From Macrostomum lignano (lineage: Eukaryota), in NCBI GenBank assembly GCA_002269645.1, contig NIVC01001319.1:62001-126000 (forward strand): a DNA stretch of 64,000 nucleotides, in the 5' to 3' direction. Positions 1 through 13,888 of this stretch are shown piece by piece. The notes beneath the pieces are model-generated. The model worked only from the letters and a program-made list of their open reading frames with translations, did no database searches and was not told where the DNA came from. Both the position numbers and the translations under genes were made by a program. Numbering within the stretch: the stretch's first letter is position 1; each line of letters starts with the position of its first letter.

Positions 1-329
1 AATGTAGACTTTTAGCACCTGTCCATAAACTATCTCAAGCTCAGTCATTTCTTGCTCAGCTGTGAGATCCTCGCTGAATTGACCGTCTTATTTGCTTCAA
101 CTTTAAAGCAATAATATTTGTTTTAACTGATGAAACGATATTTATTGAATCATTTTCAACCTCACGGCTTGCAATAAGTTTCATTGCTGACACTCTGCCC
201 TGATTTTCTCGTGTTTTCGAAACTCCGGAACCTCTGTAAAAAATATAAAAATCATTAATTATATTGCTTCCTGTACACAAATCTTCGAGAATGACAACAC
301 AATAAAATTGTTTTGTTTAATTGCTTTGT

Positions 330-625
330 GGAGAGTAGAGGAGACGAGAGGAGAGGAGAGGAGATGAGAGAGAGGAGAGGAGAGGAGAGGAGAGGAGAGG
401 AGAGGAGAGGAGAGGAGAGGAGAGAGAAGAGAGGAGAGATAAGAGAGGAGAGAGAAAAGAGAGGAGAGAGATAAGACAGGAGAGAGATAAAATAGGAATG
501 ATAAGAGAGGAGAGATGAGATATGAGTGATAAGAGAGGAGAGATGAGATAGGAATGATAAGAGAGGAGAGATGAGATATGAGTGATAAGAGAGGAGAGAT
601 GAGATAGGAATGATAAGAGAGGAGA
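330..625. repeat. GA-rich (GAGAG/GAGAT) low-complexity repeat
   Basis: Purine-only tract; the overlapping L/S-rich ORFs are artefacts of it. Confidence 0.9.
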
Positions 626-1269
626 AAAGACGAGAAGCCGGAGGCAGACGTTCGGAGATCTCTGAGCTCCGGTGGATCCGCAGCAGACAGCCACGGCAGC
701 AGCAGGGCGCCAGCACACAGTCAGGAATGCATCAGGAAGTCCCTCGTGCCCGGGCCTCTCAGACAGCTGCATGGAGGGTTATAAAAGCTGTGGGTGCGCA
801 GCTAAGAGGGTGCCGATAGATCACAGCTGAGGAATGCGCTCCGACCGGGGGATCGGGGCCTCAAGAAAAAAGTCTGGCTCTGATTCGGGCAGCGCAGCAA
901 AGCGGAGCCGACTTGCATGTTCATTGTGAAAGTCGCACTTCCGCAAAATACAAGCGGGCAGTGGCTGCACCCGGCCGGCTGTGACTAATCACTGGCAGAC
1001 TCGGGCCTGACCTTCGTGTCCTGAAGCCGCTGCATGGTGGGCGTTTCAGCGCTGGCCGTGATGCTGTTTTGCTCCACTTAGCTGCAAGACTGCTTTTACA
1101 AGCCACTCTGAAGGGCAATCAGAATTGGAATGCGCTGAAAAATAAAAAATGAACAACAAAAACTTGTTGGCTAACTTTTTGTGTGCATCGCTTGCATCGG
1201 CTGTACAGCGTCGTCCTGAGTTCGATTTTAGCTTGACTGTTTAAAGTTTGAGTAGTTCAGCTAAAAGTG

Positions 1270-2010
1270 ACCCACAGAACTTCTTGACCCACTGAACTCC
1301 TTGACCCACTGAACTCCTTGACCCACTGAACTCATTGACCCACTGAACTCCTTGACCCACTGAACTCCTTGACCCACGGAACTCCTTGACCCACTGAACT
1401 CCTTGACCCACTGAACTGCTTGACCCACTAAACTCCTTGACCCACTGAACTGCTTTACCCACGGAACTCCTTGACCCACTGAACTCCTTGACCCACGGAA
1501 CTCCTTGACCCACTAAACTCCTTGACCCACGGAACTCCTTGACCAATGGAACTCCTTGACCCACTAAACTCCTTGACCCACTGAACTCCTTGACCCACGG
1601 AACTCCTTGACCCACTGAACTCCTTGACCCACGGAACTCCTTGACCCACTGAACTCCTTGACCCACTGAACTCCTTGACCCACTGAACTCCTTGACCCAC
1701 TGAACTGCTTGACCCACAGAACTGCTTGACCCACTGAACTCCTCGACCCACGGAACTCCTCGACCCACGGAACTCCTCGACCCATGGAACTGCTTGACCC
1801 ACGGAACTCCTAGACCCACGGAACTCCTTGACCCACTGAACTGCTTGACCCACAGAACTGCTTGACCCACTGAACTCCTCGACCCACGGAACTCCTCGAC
1901 CCACGGAACTCCTCGACCCATGGAACTGCTTGACCCACGGAACTCCTAGACCCACGGAACTCCTTGACCCACTGAACTGCTTTACCCACGGAACTGCTCG
2001 ACCCGCAGAA
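1270..2010. repeat. 17-bp minisatellite (TGAACTCCTTGACCCAC)
   Basis: About 40 tandem units with T/G and T/C variants. Confidence 0.95.
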
Positions 2011-2819
2011 CTCCTTACGGAAGTCTTTTATCCACCAGACAGGGAAACACTAAAGAGATTCCGTATTTCCAAACGCTAAGCCCCCAACAGTCCGGAGTCA
2101 AAGCAGACAGCAGAAGCGCATTGCAACCCAAGTAGCAATTTCAACGTAAAAAACTTTAAAGTGGCTCCGAGGCTGCTTCAAGTGGTCGCCGAATATGGCA
2201 GAATTTACAACTGCTTTTAGAAGCGGGCAATTTTTGCACTTAAAAGCCGGCGGAACTGCTGGGATGGTTTCCTAGAAGCAATTTATCAGAGCACCGGGCA
2301 GCCGGGGTCTCCGCGAATCGCAGACAGACGGATAACCAGACGGGACCTAAGGTTGCTTGGGCTGTCGGCTTCTTTTGCTGCCAGACAAGACGGAAGCCTC
2401 CGTTCGCTTGTAGAGAGGTATTTTCTGTTTTGTTCTGATTCTTCATCTTTCTTAGCTTCGGGTTTCATTATCGAGGCGCTGGGGGTGGGCGGGTGATGAT
2501 GAATGGTCCAGAGAGGCTGCATGCCCGGCTGCCATGCGAAGGCACAAACTGAGAAATTCAAGCCAGCGCCTCCGGCCCAAATCCTGTGGAGAGATTTTGT
2601 TCAATTAGTTTTTTTTTAAAGTAAGCCAGGGGTTTCCCTTGGCTGCAGGGTGACTGGGTGGGGGGGCTGTCTGGATTCTGGGGCTGTGAAATTTTAAAAC
2701 TAACACTGCGTTGCGATTTTGATGAAAAGATACAAAAAGCCACAGATGCCTCTTGCCTTGATAACTGTTTAGTACTGGTAAGTCATGCTCGGGGCAGGAC
2801 AGGAGAGATGTTCAAGTGG

Positions 2820-3690
2820 AGGTTATAGAAGGTGAGAATGAGCGGAAGGATGGCAGAGGGTGAGTGACAGGGGTTGAGAGTGACAGGGGTGAGAGTGACA
2901 TGGTGAGAGTGACAGGAGATGAGAGTGACAGGAGATGAGAGTGACAGGAGATGAGAGTGACAGGAGATGAGAGTGGCAGAGGGCTAGAGTGACACAGGGT
3001 GGAGTGACAGAGGGTGAGAGTGACAGAGGATGTGAGTGACTCAGGGAGAGTGATACAGGGTGAGAGTGACAGAGGGCGAGAGTGACAGGGTGAGAGTGAC
3101 ACAGGGTGAAAGCTACGGAGGGCAAGAGTGACAGTGTGAGAGTGACACAGGGTGAGAGTGACAGCGTGAAAGTGACAGAGGGTGAGAGTGACAGAGGGCG
3201 AGAGTGACAGGGTGAGAGTAACACAGGGTGAAAGCTACAGAGGGTAAGAGTGACACATGGTGAGAGTGACACAGGACAAGAGTGACACAGGGTGAGAGTG
3301 ACACAGGGTGAGAGTGACACAGGGTGAGAGTGACACAGGGTGAGAGTGACACAGGGTGAGAGTGACACATGGTGAGAGTGACACAGGGTGAGAGTGACAC
3401 AGGGTGAGAGTGACACAGGGTGAGAGTGACACAGGGTGAGAGTTACAGAGGACAAGAGTGTGACACATGGTGAGAGTGAACAGGGTGAGAGTGACACAGG
3501 GTGAGAGTGACAGGGTGAGAGTGACTCAGGGTGAGAGTGACACATGGTGAGAGTGACACAGGGTGAGAGTGACACAGGGTGAGAGTGACACAGGGTGAGA
3601 GTTACAGAGGACAAGAGTGTGACACATGGTGAGAGTGAACAGGGTGAGAGTGACTCAGGGTGAGAGTGACAGGGTGAGAGTTACAGATGA
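2820..3690. repeat. 14-16-bp minisatellite (GAGAGTGACACAGGGT)
   Basis: Tandem units visible directly. Confidence 0.95.
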
Positions 3691-4259
3691 GTGAGAGGAA
3701 CGAACCCTGATAATCAGACCAGGCAACTCTTAAAAAGAAGAAGTACGCGCCTGCTATCCTTGGCGAGTGGCAGAGAGTGAAGAGTGAAGCTGAGCATTGT
3801 GAAAAGTGCAAACTTCGTCACCTATGCTCAAGGACAGGACTGAGTGCTTGAACACCTTTGGTCCCCTCTGTCTTCTCCACTGTAAAATTTTGTACTTCTG
3901 TCTGCTTTTTCATTCGATTTTTTAACTCTTGTACGGCTTGCTGCTGCTGCTGCTGCTGCGCACAAGCATATCCTGCAGCAATGAAGCCACCTCAAAGAGT
4001 CTGCAGGCAGAAGGCAATAAAACCTGCAGCAGCAGCCGTTGAAACAACTGTAATTGGCGTTGAACTGTCCAATTTCTGTTGCGTCAAATTTGAAAACGAA
4101 ATGCATGGTGATGACGGTGACTCATAAATTGGCAGACTTGCCTGTGGCAGACAGTCAGCAATTGAATTACTGGTAAACTTTCTTGCCCAGACTAGTTATA
4201 TTGAGTCTGAAGAAGGCTGGCAAAGTACGAGTACTTCGAGAAGCTATTCTAGAATTGGG

Positions 4260-5345
4260 GAAGGGGAGAGGATGGAAAAGAGAAGGGAGAAAGGAGGGAG
4301 AGGGGGAGAGGAGAGAAGAAAGAGGGAGGAGATGAGAGAGGAGAGAGGAGAGAAGAGAGAAAAGATGCGAGAAAGAAGAGAAGAGAGAGAAGAGGAGAGA
4401 CAGGAGAGGGGAGAGGAGAGTAGAGATTAGAGATTAGAGATGAGAGAGGAGAGAGAGGAGAGAGGAGAGTAGAGAGTAGAGATAAGAGATGAGAGAGGAG
4501 AGAGGAGAGGAGAGAGGAGAGTAGAGAGTGGAGATTAGAGATGAGAGAGGAGAGAGGAGAGGAGAGAGGAGAGTAGAGAGTAGTGATTAGAGATGAGAGA
4601 GGAGAGAGGAGAGGAGAGAGGAGAGTAGAGAGTAGAGATTAGAGATGAGAGAGGAGAGAGGAGAGGAGAGAGGAGAGTAGAGAGTAGAGATTAGAAATGA
4701 GAGAGTAAAGAGGAGAGGAGAGATGAGAGTTGAAAGATGAAAGAAAAGAGGAGAGAGAGGAGAGAAGAGAGAGAAGAAAGTAGAGATGAGAGATGAGAGA
4801 GTAGAGAGGAGAGGAGAGAGGAGAGTAGAGAGTAGAGATTAGAGATGAGAGAGGAGAGAGGAGAGGAGAGAGGAGAGTAGAGAGTAGAGATTAGAGATGA
4901 GAGAGGAGAGAGGAGAGGAGAGAGGAGAGTAGAGAGTAGAGATTAGAAATGAGAGAGTAAAGAGGAGAGGAGAGATGAGAGTTGAAAGATGAAAGAAAAG
5001 AGGAGAGAGAGGAGAGAAGAGAGAGAAGAGAGTAGAGATGAGAGATGAGAGAGTAGAGAGGAGAGGAGAGAGGAGAGTAGAGAGTAGAGATTAGAGATGA
5101 GAGAGGAGAGAAGAGAGAGAAGAGGAGAGAGAGGAGAGGAGAGAGTAGAGTAGAGAGGAGAGATGAGAGATGAGAGATGAGAGGAAAGAGGAGAGAGGGG
5201 AGAGAAGAGAGAGAAAAGGAGAGGGAGGAGAGGAGAGAGGAGAGTAGAGAGGAGAGATGAGAGATGAGAGAGTAGAGAGGAGAAAGGAGAGATGAGAGAT
5301 GAGAGAGACGAGAGGTGAGGAGAAGAGAAGAGAGGAGAGAGAGAC
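4260..5345. repeat. GA-rich low-complexity repeat with internal higher-order duplication
   Basis: GAGAGGAGAGTAGAGAGTAGAGATTAGAGATGA-type units; a longer block recurs near 4680 and 4920. Confidence 0.9.
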
Positions 5346-5358
5346 AGAGAGCAGTCAC

Positions 5359-5514
5359 CGTCTAAACAATAAAGTTGGAAGCAGGCGGATGTCAACATGG
5401 AATATGTTTGGGTGCAAGCCAATTACAGGAGGCGCCAGCATCAACTGTTTCAAAGTGCAGCTCAGCTGCACCGCAAATTTTCTGTCAATCTTGGGCCGCC
5501 CGATTTCAGGCAGA
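5359..5514 (-). CDS. Candidate internal exon of an unidentified gene
   Basis: Acceptor TTTTTTTAG at 5515-5516, donor CG|GTGACT; 156 bp, symmetric phase, one open frame (LPEIGRPKIDRKFAVQLSC...LLFR). No family recognised. Confidence 0.35.
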
Positions 5515-5879
5515 CTAAAAAAAGCCAAGCCAAGCATTCAAACAACGTGGGCGCGAGGTCGCACTCTCGTTGAACCCCTTTTCCCGCTATCTTTGGTGGC
5601 CTACTTTTTCTAAGAAATAGCGGCATTTCTAGGAAACGGAGCTCTGGCTGACGAGCCCGGGACAGTTGCGTCCGAGCCTCTGATGAGCGGCCGGCAAAAT
5701 GCGACCCGACCAGACACCCGCATCCTGCCGACTGATGGCTTCTTTATCGCCTCTGTGCCGAGCTGTTTAGTGTAAAAGTTCAGATTTTGGGATTTGGACT
5801 CTTGCTAGCATAGTTTCACTCTCATTGTCACACTTTTGTCACTCTCAGAAGTAATTATTCTCATTTTTGAGCTGCTTGT

Positions 5880-6210
5880 CACTCTGTTTGTCTTTCTGTC
5901 ACACTGTTTATCACTCTGTTTGTCACTCCGTTTGTCACTCTGTTTGTCACTCTGTTTGTCACTCTGTTTGTCACTCCGTCTGTCACTCTGTTTGTCACTC
6001 TGTTTGTCACTCTGTTTGTCACTCTGTTTGTCACTCTGTTTGTCACTCCGTTTGTCACTCTGTTTGTCACTCTGTTTGTCACTCTGTTTGTCACTCTGTT
6101 TGTCACTCTGTTTGTCACTCTGTTTGTCACTCTGTTTGTCACTCTGTTTGTCACTCTGTTTGTCACTCTGTTTGTCACTCTGTTTGTCACTCTGTTTGTC
6201 ACTCTGTTTG
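5880..6210. repeat. 12-bp minisatellite (TGTTTGTCACTC)
   Basis: About 27 near-perfect units. Confidence 0.95.
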
Positions 6211-6744
6211 TTTGTCACACAATCGTCCCTACTCTATTTCATTAGAATTCGCTAACCTACCAAAGCTTTTTAAACAAAGAAGCAAACAGAAAAGCATAAA
6301 TAACGCAGGCAGGAAAGACATATAAGCCCTACCTAGCAACAGCTGAAGGCAGATAGAAACATCCCGGTTATTCCGCTTAAACAAACAGAAAAACCCGGGA
6401 TTAAGTTCTTGGATTGCCGGATAAAGTCAGACTTAGGGCGGCAAGGGGGGGGGGGCAGCCTTCCCTCCTCGCATTCTCGCCCTTCCATCTTTCGTCTGTC
6501 TTATCTGCCTGCAGGAGAAGAGCGCTAACCCCCCCCCACAGCTTCGACTGCCCGTTTCCGTCAGCGAGCCAGCCATCAATAAGCCTCGTTTTCAAATGTT
6601 GCCGGGCCTGCCGCCCCAGCCCTCGATCTTGGCTCTGCCTGTTATCTTAAGATTCTTTCGCGATCAAAGCGATTCTCTGGTTTAATGCCTCTTAAGCCTG
6701 GTAGGCTGCGGGCTGTTGCGGAGCCAGTGCTGACGTCCTTAAAT

Positions 6745-7330
6745 ACGGAGCTGAAGTCTCTCCTGAAGTCATAAAGTGGGGAGCTGAAGTCTCTCCTGAA
6801 TTCTTGAGGTACGGAGCTGAAGTCTCTCCTGAAGTCCTGAGGTGGTGAGCTGAAGTTTCTCCTGAAGTCCTGAGGTGTGGGAGCTGAAATCTCTCCTGAA
6901 GTCCTGAGGTGGTGAGCTGAAGTCTCTCCTGAAGTCCTGATGTGTGGAAGCTGAAGTCTCTCCTGAAGTCATGAGGTGTGGGAGCTGAAGTCTCTCCTGA
7001 AGTCCTGATGTGTGGAAGCTGAAGTCTCGCCTGAAGTCCTGAGGTGGTGAGCTGAAGTCTCTCCTGAAGTCCTGAGGTGGTGAGCTGAAGTCTCTCCTGA
7101 AGTCCGCAAGTGGGGAGCTGAAATCTCTCCTGAAGTCCTGAGGTGTGGGAGCTGAAGTCTCTCCTGAAGTCCTGAGGTGGTGAGCTGAAGTCTCTCCTGA
7201 AGTCCTGAGGTGTGGGAGCTGAAATCTCTCAAGAATTCTGAAGTGGCTTACTGAAGTCTCTCCTGAAATCATGAAGTGGGTTACTGAAATCTCTCCTGAA
7301 GTACTGAAGTGGGTCACTAAAGTTTCTCTA
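6745..7330. repeat. ~33-35-bp minisatellite (GAGCTGAAGTCTCTCCTGAAGTCCTGAGGTGGT)
   Basis: Tandem units that degenerate toward 7330. Confidence 0.9.
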
Positions 7331-7482
7331 ATAAAGTCCCTGAAGCACTACTGCAGTTTTAAAGTACTCATACAATATCCAAGCACCACTGGAATGTCTA
7401 GTAGTCCTTGACAGCATCCTAAATAAATCCGGTTAATTCAGCTGCAATCGATGTTAACATGATTTGAATAAGTTTTCGATAC

Positions 7483-7958
7483 ATATCGGCAGCAGGGCGC
7501 CAGTTCTTTAGTTGCAGAAGTCGGGCATTCGGTGGTACGCATACATAAAGCTGAAAAACCGCTAATCAGGACATCCAGCCAAGGTTTTGAACATTGCAGG
7601 GAGATGTGGAGCATCGATAAGGACCGGTACGCACTCAATACACTGCCACGATGGCGGAACTGTTAAAGCAGCAGGCGATGAAGCAAGGAGGGCAAAGAGA
7701 ACAGAAGTCGCGGTTTCATTCGATTTCATACTAATGAAAGTTGACTGGCCGAATTTCTGCTTCGGCTGCCCGGCTCTGCTTTTAACAATCGAATTATTTG
7801 CCAAATACCAAACGCTGTGCCGCTCCTGCAATGTCCCGCAGCTGTGGAAGAGCCGCCTTAGCGACAAGGGGATTGTTGCGATTGGAGCAATAAAACGCCA
7901 CTGATTTTCTGCACCCAGCAACTGATTCAATAAGGTGTTCCATCGATTGAGGACCGTG
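7483..7958 (-). CDS. Two candidate exons (7809-7958 and ~7483-7659) of an unidentified gene
   Basis: CATTTCCCAG|CAC...CGTTTG|GTATTT gives a 150-bp phase-0 exon ([15 protein letters not shown]...AGAAQRL). The following 149-bp intron ends in a polypyrimidine tract and TTAACAG, and the next exon is open in the same phase ([18 protein letters not shown]...). Its 3' donor is uncertain. Confidence 0.45.
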
Positions 7959-8013
7959 CTGGGAAATGTGCTTGGTCTGCTGATTGGCGATGATTGGCGA
8001 TTCCTCTGCGGAG

Positions 8014-9435
<1,422 letters not shown>

Positions 9436-10742
9436 CGAGGGATACTCCAAAAGTTTTGCAATTCAACCACTTGCGCAAGTCGCACAATCTTCAAAACCAA
9501 CTCTCTGTACAATAAACATGTACATAGTCCCCACCTCAATTTTCAAGTGAATTCATACATATACGCCTGCTCAGCCCCCAGTCAAAGTCAGAGACTCCTT
9601 AACTGTACAGCTGCAGCCATGGAATTGAATCGTGAGCAGAATCGGCTACTAATTTGGTACTGCCACAAGCGAAAGCTCACGGCGCTTGAGACTCATGCCG
9701 AGCTACTAGCAACATTGGAGGCTCAAGCGCCGTCATATGCTACGGTTACACGCTGGTACCGCGAGTTCCAGGCCGGCAGGACCAGCTTTTCTGACGACCC
9801 CCGGCCCGGGAGACCTCCGACAGCAGCGACGGAGGAAAACATCGCTGCAGTGCAGGAGCCGATTCATCAGGATCCGCGAATCACCACGGACATGCTAGCT
9901 ATGAATGTCGGCATTGGATCGGCAGCGGTCGATACGATTCTACACGATCACCTGAGAGTCAGGAAGCTTTGTGCCCGATGGATACCCCACATCCTGACAG
10001 ATGCTCAGAAACAGGCCCGCAGGGAGTTCTGTCAGTTTCTCATCGATCGATATGAGCACGGGAGCCATCAGCGCCGCTCTGAGGTCATCACTGGTGATGA
10101 GACGTTTCTCTATCATTTTGACGTCGAGACAAAGCGCAGCAGTGCAGAGTGGGTGCCGAAAGGTGGTCAACGACCCCTGAAAGCAAGGCGGTCCCGGTCC
10201 CAGGGCAAGCGGATGTTTGCCATCTTCTTCGACTCACAAGGCGTGGTGGCGATGGTGAAGCTGGAGGGTCAAGCTACAGTCACTGCTCGATGGTACACTG
10301 AAGAGTGCTTGCCAGTCGTGATCGACAGCGTGACCCAGAGGGCGCCAAGGACGGGAATGCGAGGGCAGAAACTTCACCATGACAACGCCCCCGCCCACAC
10401 GGCTGCTGCAACTCGAGCGTTCCTGGACCAAGAGGGCATTTCAACACTACCACACCCGCCCTACTCACCAGACCTCGCCCCCTGCGACTTCTGGCTCTTT
10501 CCAGAAATCAAAAAGTCGCTTAGGGGGCACAGGTTTCAGTCCGACGAGGAGCTGGAGCAGGCGGCGAAGGAGGCGATTGACGGCATCCCAATTGAAGACT
10601 TCCAGGGCTTGATGAACAAGTGGCTCGGACGACGCACAAGTGTTTGCAGTTCCGGGGAGCCTACTTTGAAGGATTGTAATAGAAAAGTTTGGCAAAATTA
10701 ACTTTAAATAGTTGAATTGCAAAACTTTTAGAGTATCCCTCG
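9436..10742 (+). mobile_element. Tc1/mariner DNA transposon (DD34D mariner), 1307 bp
   Basis: 32-bp TIRs CGAGGGATACTC(C/T)AAAAGTTTTGCAATTCAAC at 9436-9467 and 10711-10742 (1 mismatch); TA target duplication at 9434-9435 and 10743-10744; internal transposase. Confidence 0.97.
9619..10701 (+). CDS. Mariner transposase with an apparent 1-nt frameshift near the C-terminus
   Basis: ATG at 9619; N-terminal HTH region; WIPHILT (WVPHEL motif), TGDET, HHDNAPAH and HPPYSPDLAPCD (DD34D). The usual end HKCLQFRGAYFEGL* lies in another frame, with TAA at 10677-10679. Confidence 0.95.
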   Translation: MELNREQNRLLIWYCHKRKLTALETHAELLATLEAQAPSYATVTRWYREFQAGRTSFSDDPRPGRPPTAATEENIAAVQEPIHQDPRITTDMLAMNVGIGSAAVDTILHDHLRVRKLCARWIPHILTDAQKQARREFCQFLIDRYEHGSHQRRSEVITGDETFLYHFDVETKRSSAEWVPKGGQRPLKARRSRSQGKRMFAIFFDSQGVVAMVKLEGQATVTARWYTEECLPVVIDSVTQRAPRTGMRGQKLHHDNAPAHTAAATRAFLDQEGISTLPHPPYSPDLAPCDFWLFPEIKKSLRGHRFQSDEELEQAAKEAIDGIPIEDFQGLMNKWLGRRTSVCSSGEPTLKDCNRKVWQN

Positions 10743-11329
10743 TAGATAGATAGATAGATAGTTAGATAGATAGATAGATAGATAGATAGACACATAGCCA
10801 GACACATAGATAGACAGACGGACATAGATAGGCAGATAGACAAGATCTTTAGGCGCAGACACAGCACAAACATGGATATGCAGGCTGAGATTTTCGCCCA
10901 TAAAACAGGTGAAGCGCAACTTTTATCCAAATATTAAATTGGCATTTATTGCTCAAGGCACCCCAGAATCGGCCTGCATATCAGGGCGGCAGCGCCCTAA
11001 CAAGCTGATTTCAGGCTGAATTTAAGGATATTTTTTATCGATCAGCACCGCCTGATTACGAGCGCCTAATTTATCAGCTCAGCTGTGCTAAAATCCAGCG
11101 GAAACGCTTCAATTTACGACTTCTGATAGCTGAATAACAGCAGTCTTTCGAAACGGCTGGCTATTCCCGAACCTCTGCGGTCGGGAACCTGGTTGGAACT
11201 CGATACTGAAGTCTTGGACAATGCATGGCGGCTGTAACATGGCGATCTGCTGTCTGTCCGTCTTACCTTACATCTAGCTACATGTATTCGAATATCTAAC
11301 TACCTATACACCTACCTACCTGCCTATCT

Positions 11330-12040
11330 TCCTACCTATCTGCATTTCTATCCACCTATCTACCTGCGTACCTATCTGCCTATCTGCCAATTCCTACCTA
11401 TCTGCCTATCTGCCAATTCCTACCTATCTGCCTATCTGCCAATTCCTACCTATCTGCCTATCTACCAATTCCTACCTATCTGCCTATCTACCAATTACTA
11501 CCTATCTGCCTATCTACCAATTCCTACCTATCTGCCTATCTACCAATTCCTACCTATCTGCCTATCTACCAATTCCTACCTATCTGCCTATCTACCAATT
11601 CCTACCTATCTGCCTATCTACCAATTCCTACCTATCTGCCTATCTACCAATTCCTACCTATCTGCCTATCTGCCAATTCCTACTGTACCTATCTGCCTAT
11701 CTACCAATTCCTACCTATCTGCCTATCTACCAATTCCTACCTATCTGCCTATCTACCAATTCCTACCTATCTGCCTATCTGCCAATTCCTACTGTACCTA
11801 TCTGCCTATCTACCAATTCCTACCTATCTGCCTATCTGCCAATTCCTACCTATCTGCCTATCTGCCAATTCCTACTGTACCTATCTGCCTATCTGCCAAT
11901 TCCTACCTATCTGCCTATCTACCAATTCCTACTGTACCTATCTGCCTATCTGCCAATTCCTATTTATCTGCTTATATATCTACCTGCCTATCCACCTACC
12001 TATCTTACCTGCCTACCTATCTGCTTATCTATCTACCTGT
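11330..12040. repeat. 26-bp minisatellite (TTCCTACCTATCTGCCTATCTACCAA)
   Basis: 26-bp periodicity is visible from 11390 to 11960. Confidence 0.95.
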
Positions 12041-12047
12041 CTACCTA

Positions 12048-12407
12048 GTTTTTATTAGAGACAGGGATGCTCTGTGCACCCTAGCTGGCGCACTTCAAGC
12101 GACATTGTCGCACAACCGGCGAGAGGCATTACTGCCCATTCCGCCGACTCCCCTGAGCAGGCACACAAGCGCGCGGATACGTACGCAGGCACACACTCAC
12201 ACAGGAGTGTACAGCGGCCCTAACTTTATTTATCGCTAGGCATGTACACTTCACTGCGCCATGGGGGTGGGCCTTCAGGGGCGTTAATTGCACGAGCAGA
12301 GCCAAGCCGAGATCCAATTTAGCCCCAGATTAATGTGACTGCACTCGGAATCGAGCCTGGGACCGCTGGCATATCAGAGCGCCGCGCTAGACCGCTGGAC
12401 TACGGCC
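12048..12407 (-). mobile_element. tRNA-derived SINE (~360 bp)
   Basis: Minus strand begins GGCCGTAGTCCAGCGG (A box at 12392-12402); B-box-like GGCTCGATTCC at 12347-12357; unrelated body; A-rich end TAATAAAAA. Confidence 0.7.
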
Positions 12408-13359
12408 TACGACTCTCCCCTATTTGCCTGCCTATCTACTTATAACCTACAGAGCATAAACTATCTATCAAATGTCTATTCCCACCTGCTAAAGCTACTT
12501 AAGAAGCTGGCCTGCACTGGCAATGCAGTTTATGATACACCTCTATCAGCGGATTGAAACTCCATCAAGGATAATGGAGATTGTCTGCTGTGCACAAAAA
12601 AGCAGAAACTCCCCGAGGCCACACGCAGCGCAGGATCCTGACGAATCCGCATCCCCACCTTCAGGTTTCAGTTGCCAAGGGGAGCGGGCGGATCGATCAA
12701 GACTTCAAGTGCGCTCTTCTAAAAGCAGAAAAGACCAAACGGCAGCTTCTGCGTTTAATTACAAGAGAGTTCACCCAGGTGGCTTGCATTACCCCGGCGA
12801 AGAGGCACTGACTTACCTGCCCCACTTCACTGGCGAACAGTAGAATTTTCGCCGCACTGCCCAACTACTTAAAGTAGCAACAGAATAAAATAAGGAGATT
12901 TCTAAAGCTCAGCAAAGAAATTTTAATTCTACGTTTTTACAAACGAATATTAACGAAAAACACTGGTCGATATACTGTGGATCTGTCGAAACAAATTGAA
13001 ATTTATTAAAGTTATTCAACAGCAAAGCGCAATTTAATGTATAGAAATTGAATAAAACTATCAAGTAACATTATAAGCAGCATTTTTAACGCAAGCTTAC
13101 AGCACAGCATAAGCAAATAATTTTAAGTGCAAAAGGACAGAGATTGAACAAAGACCTGCGCAACTTTCAAAGTCGAGCATAATTAGATAACTAAGAGCAT
13201 ATAAAAAATCAAAATAGCATCTAAATTACAGTAAGACAGACAAACAATTTCTAGAGGAACTTTTGGCTGAAAAAGAAGTCAATAGTCGACATTGAAAATA
13301 CAGAATCTGTCCGGATTAAAGTGTCCTACGGAGAGACTGGACTCTTGACCGATAAATAA

Positions 13360-13870
13360 TGACCTTGACCCACTTGCGATCAGCTGTACTCACTAATTGT
13401 AAGCTTGACCAAGTAAGATCTTGACCTAGTTCTGACCGTGACCTACTAGTTCTGACCTTGACCTTACTATGACCTTTACCTACTAATTATGACCTTGACG
13501 TACAAATTATGACCTTGACCTACTAATTATGATCTTGACGCACTAGTTATGACCTTGACCTACTTACTAAGACCCTGATTTAGTTATAATGACCTTGACC
13601 TACTAATAATGACTTTGACCTACTAATTTAGAATTTGACCTACTAATTATGACTTTGATCTAATTTTTATGACTTTGAGTTACTAATTTTGACCCTGATC
13701 TACTTATTGTGACCTTGGCTCACTTGAAACAAACAATACCTAATTAACCATGTCCATGGAAAAAATTACTACAAAAATTTGACTCACTAGTTATGACCCT
13801 GACCCATTAACACAGTAATAATGCGACCCCACTGAAAATGACCTTGACCCACTAGTTAGGACCCTGACCA
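13360..13870. repeat. Degenerate ~20-bp minisatellite (TATGACCTTGACCTACTAAT)
   Basis: Recurrent GACCTTGACC units. Confidence 0.85.
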
Positions 13871-13888
13871 GCTTGCGCCAGCGCAGGC

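Noticed and set aside
12330-12407. Functional tRNA gene
   Set aside because: A and B boxes are present, but the acceptor stem does not close and the sequence runs into a SINE-like body.
12817-12864. ATG-less 48-bp first exon (LGSAAKILLFASEVGQ|GTAAGT) as a second SL-AUG case
   Set aside because: The donor is strong and the phase fits, but the nearest downstream acceptors give stops in that frame, so I could not build a gene model.
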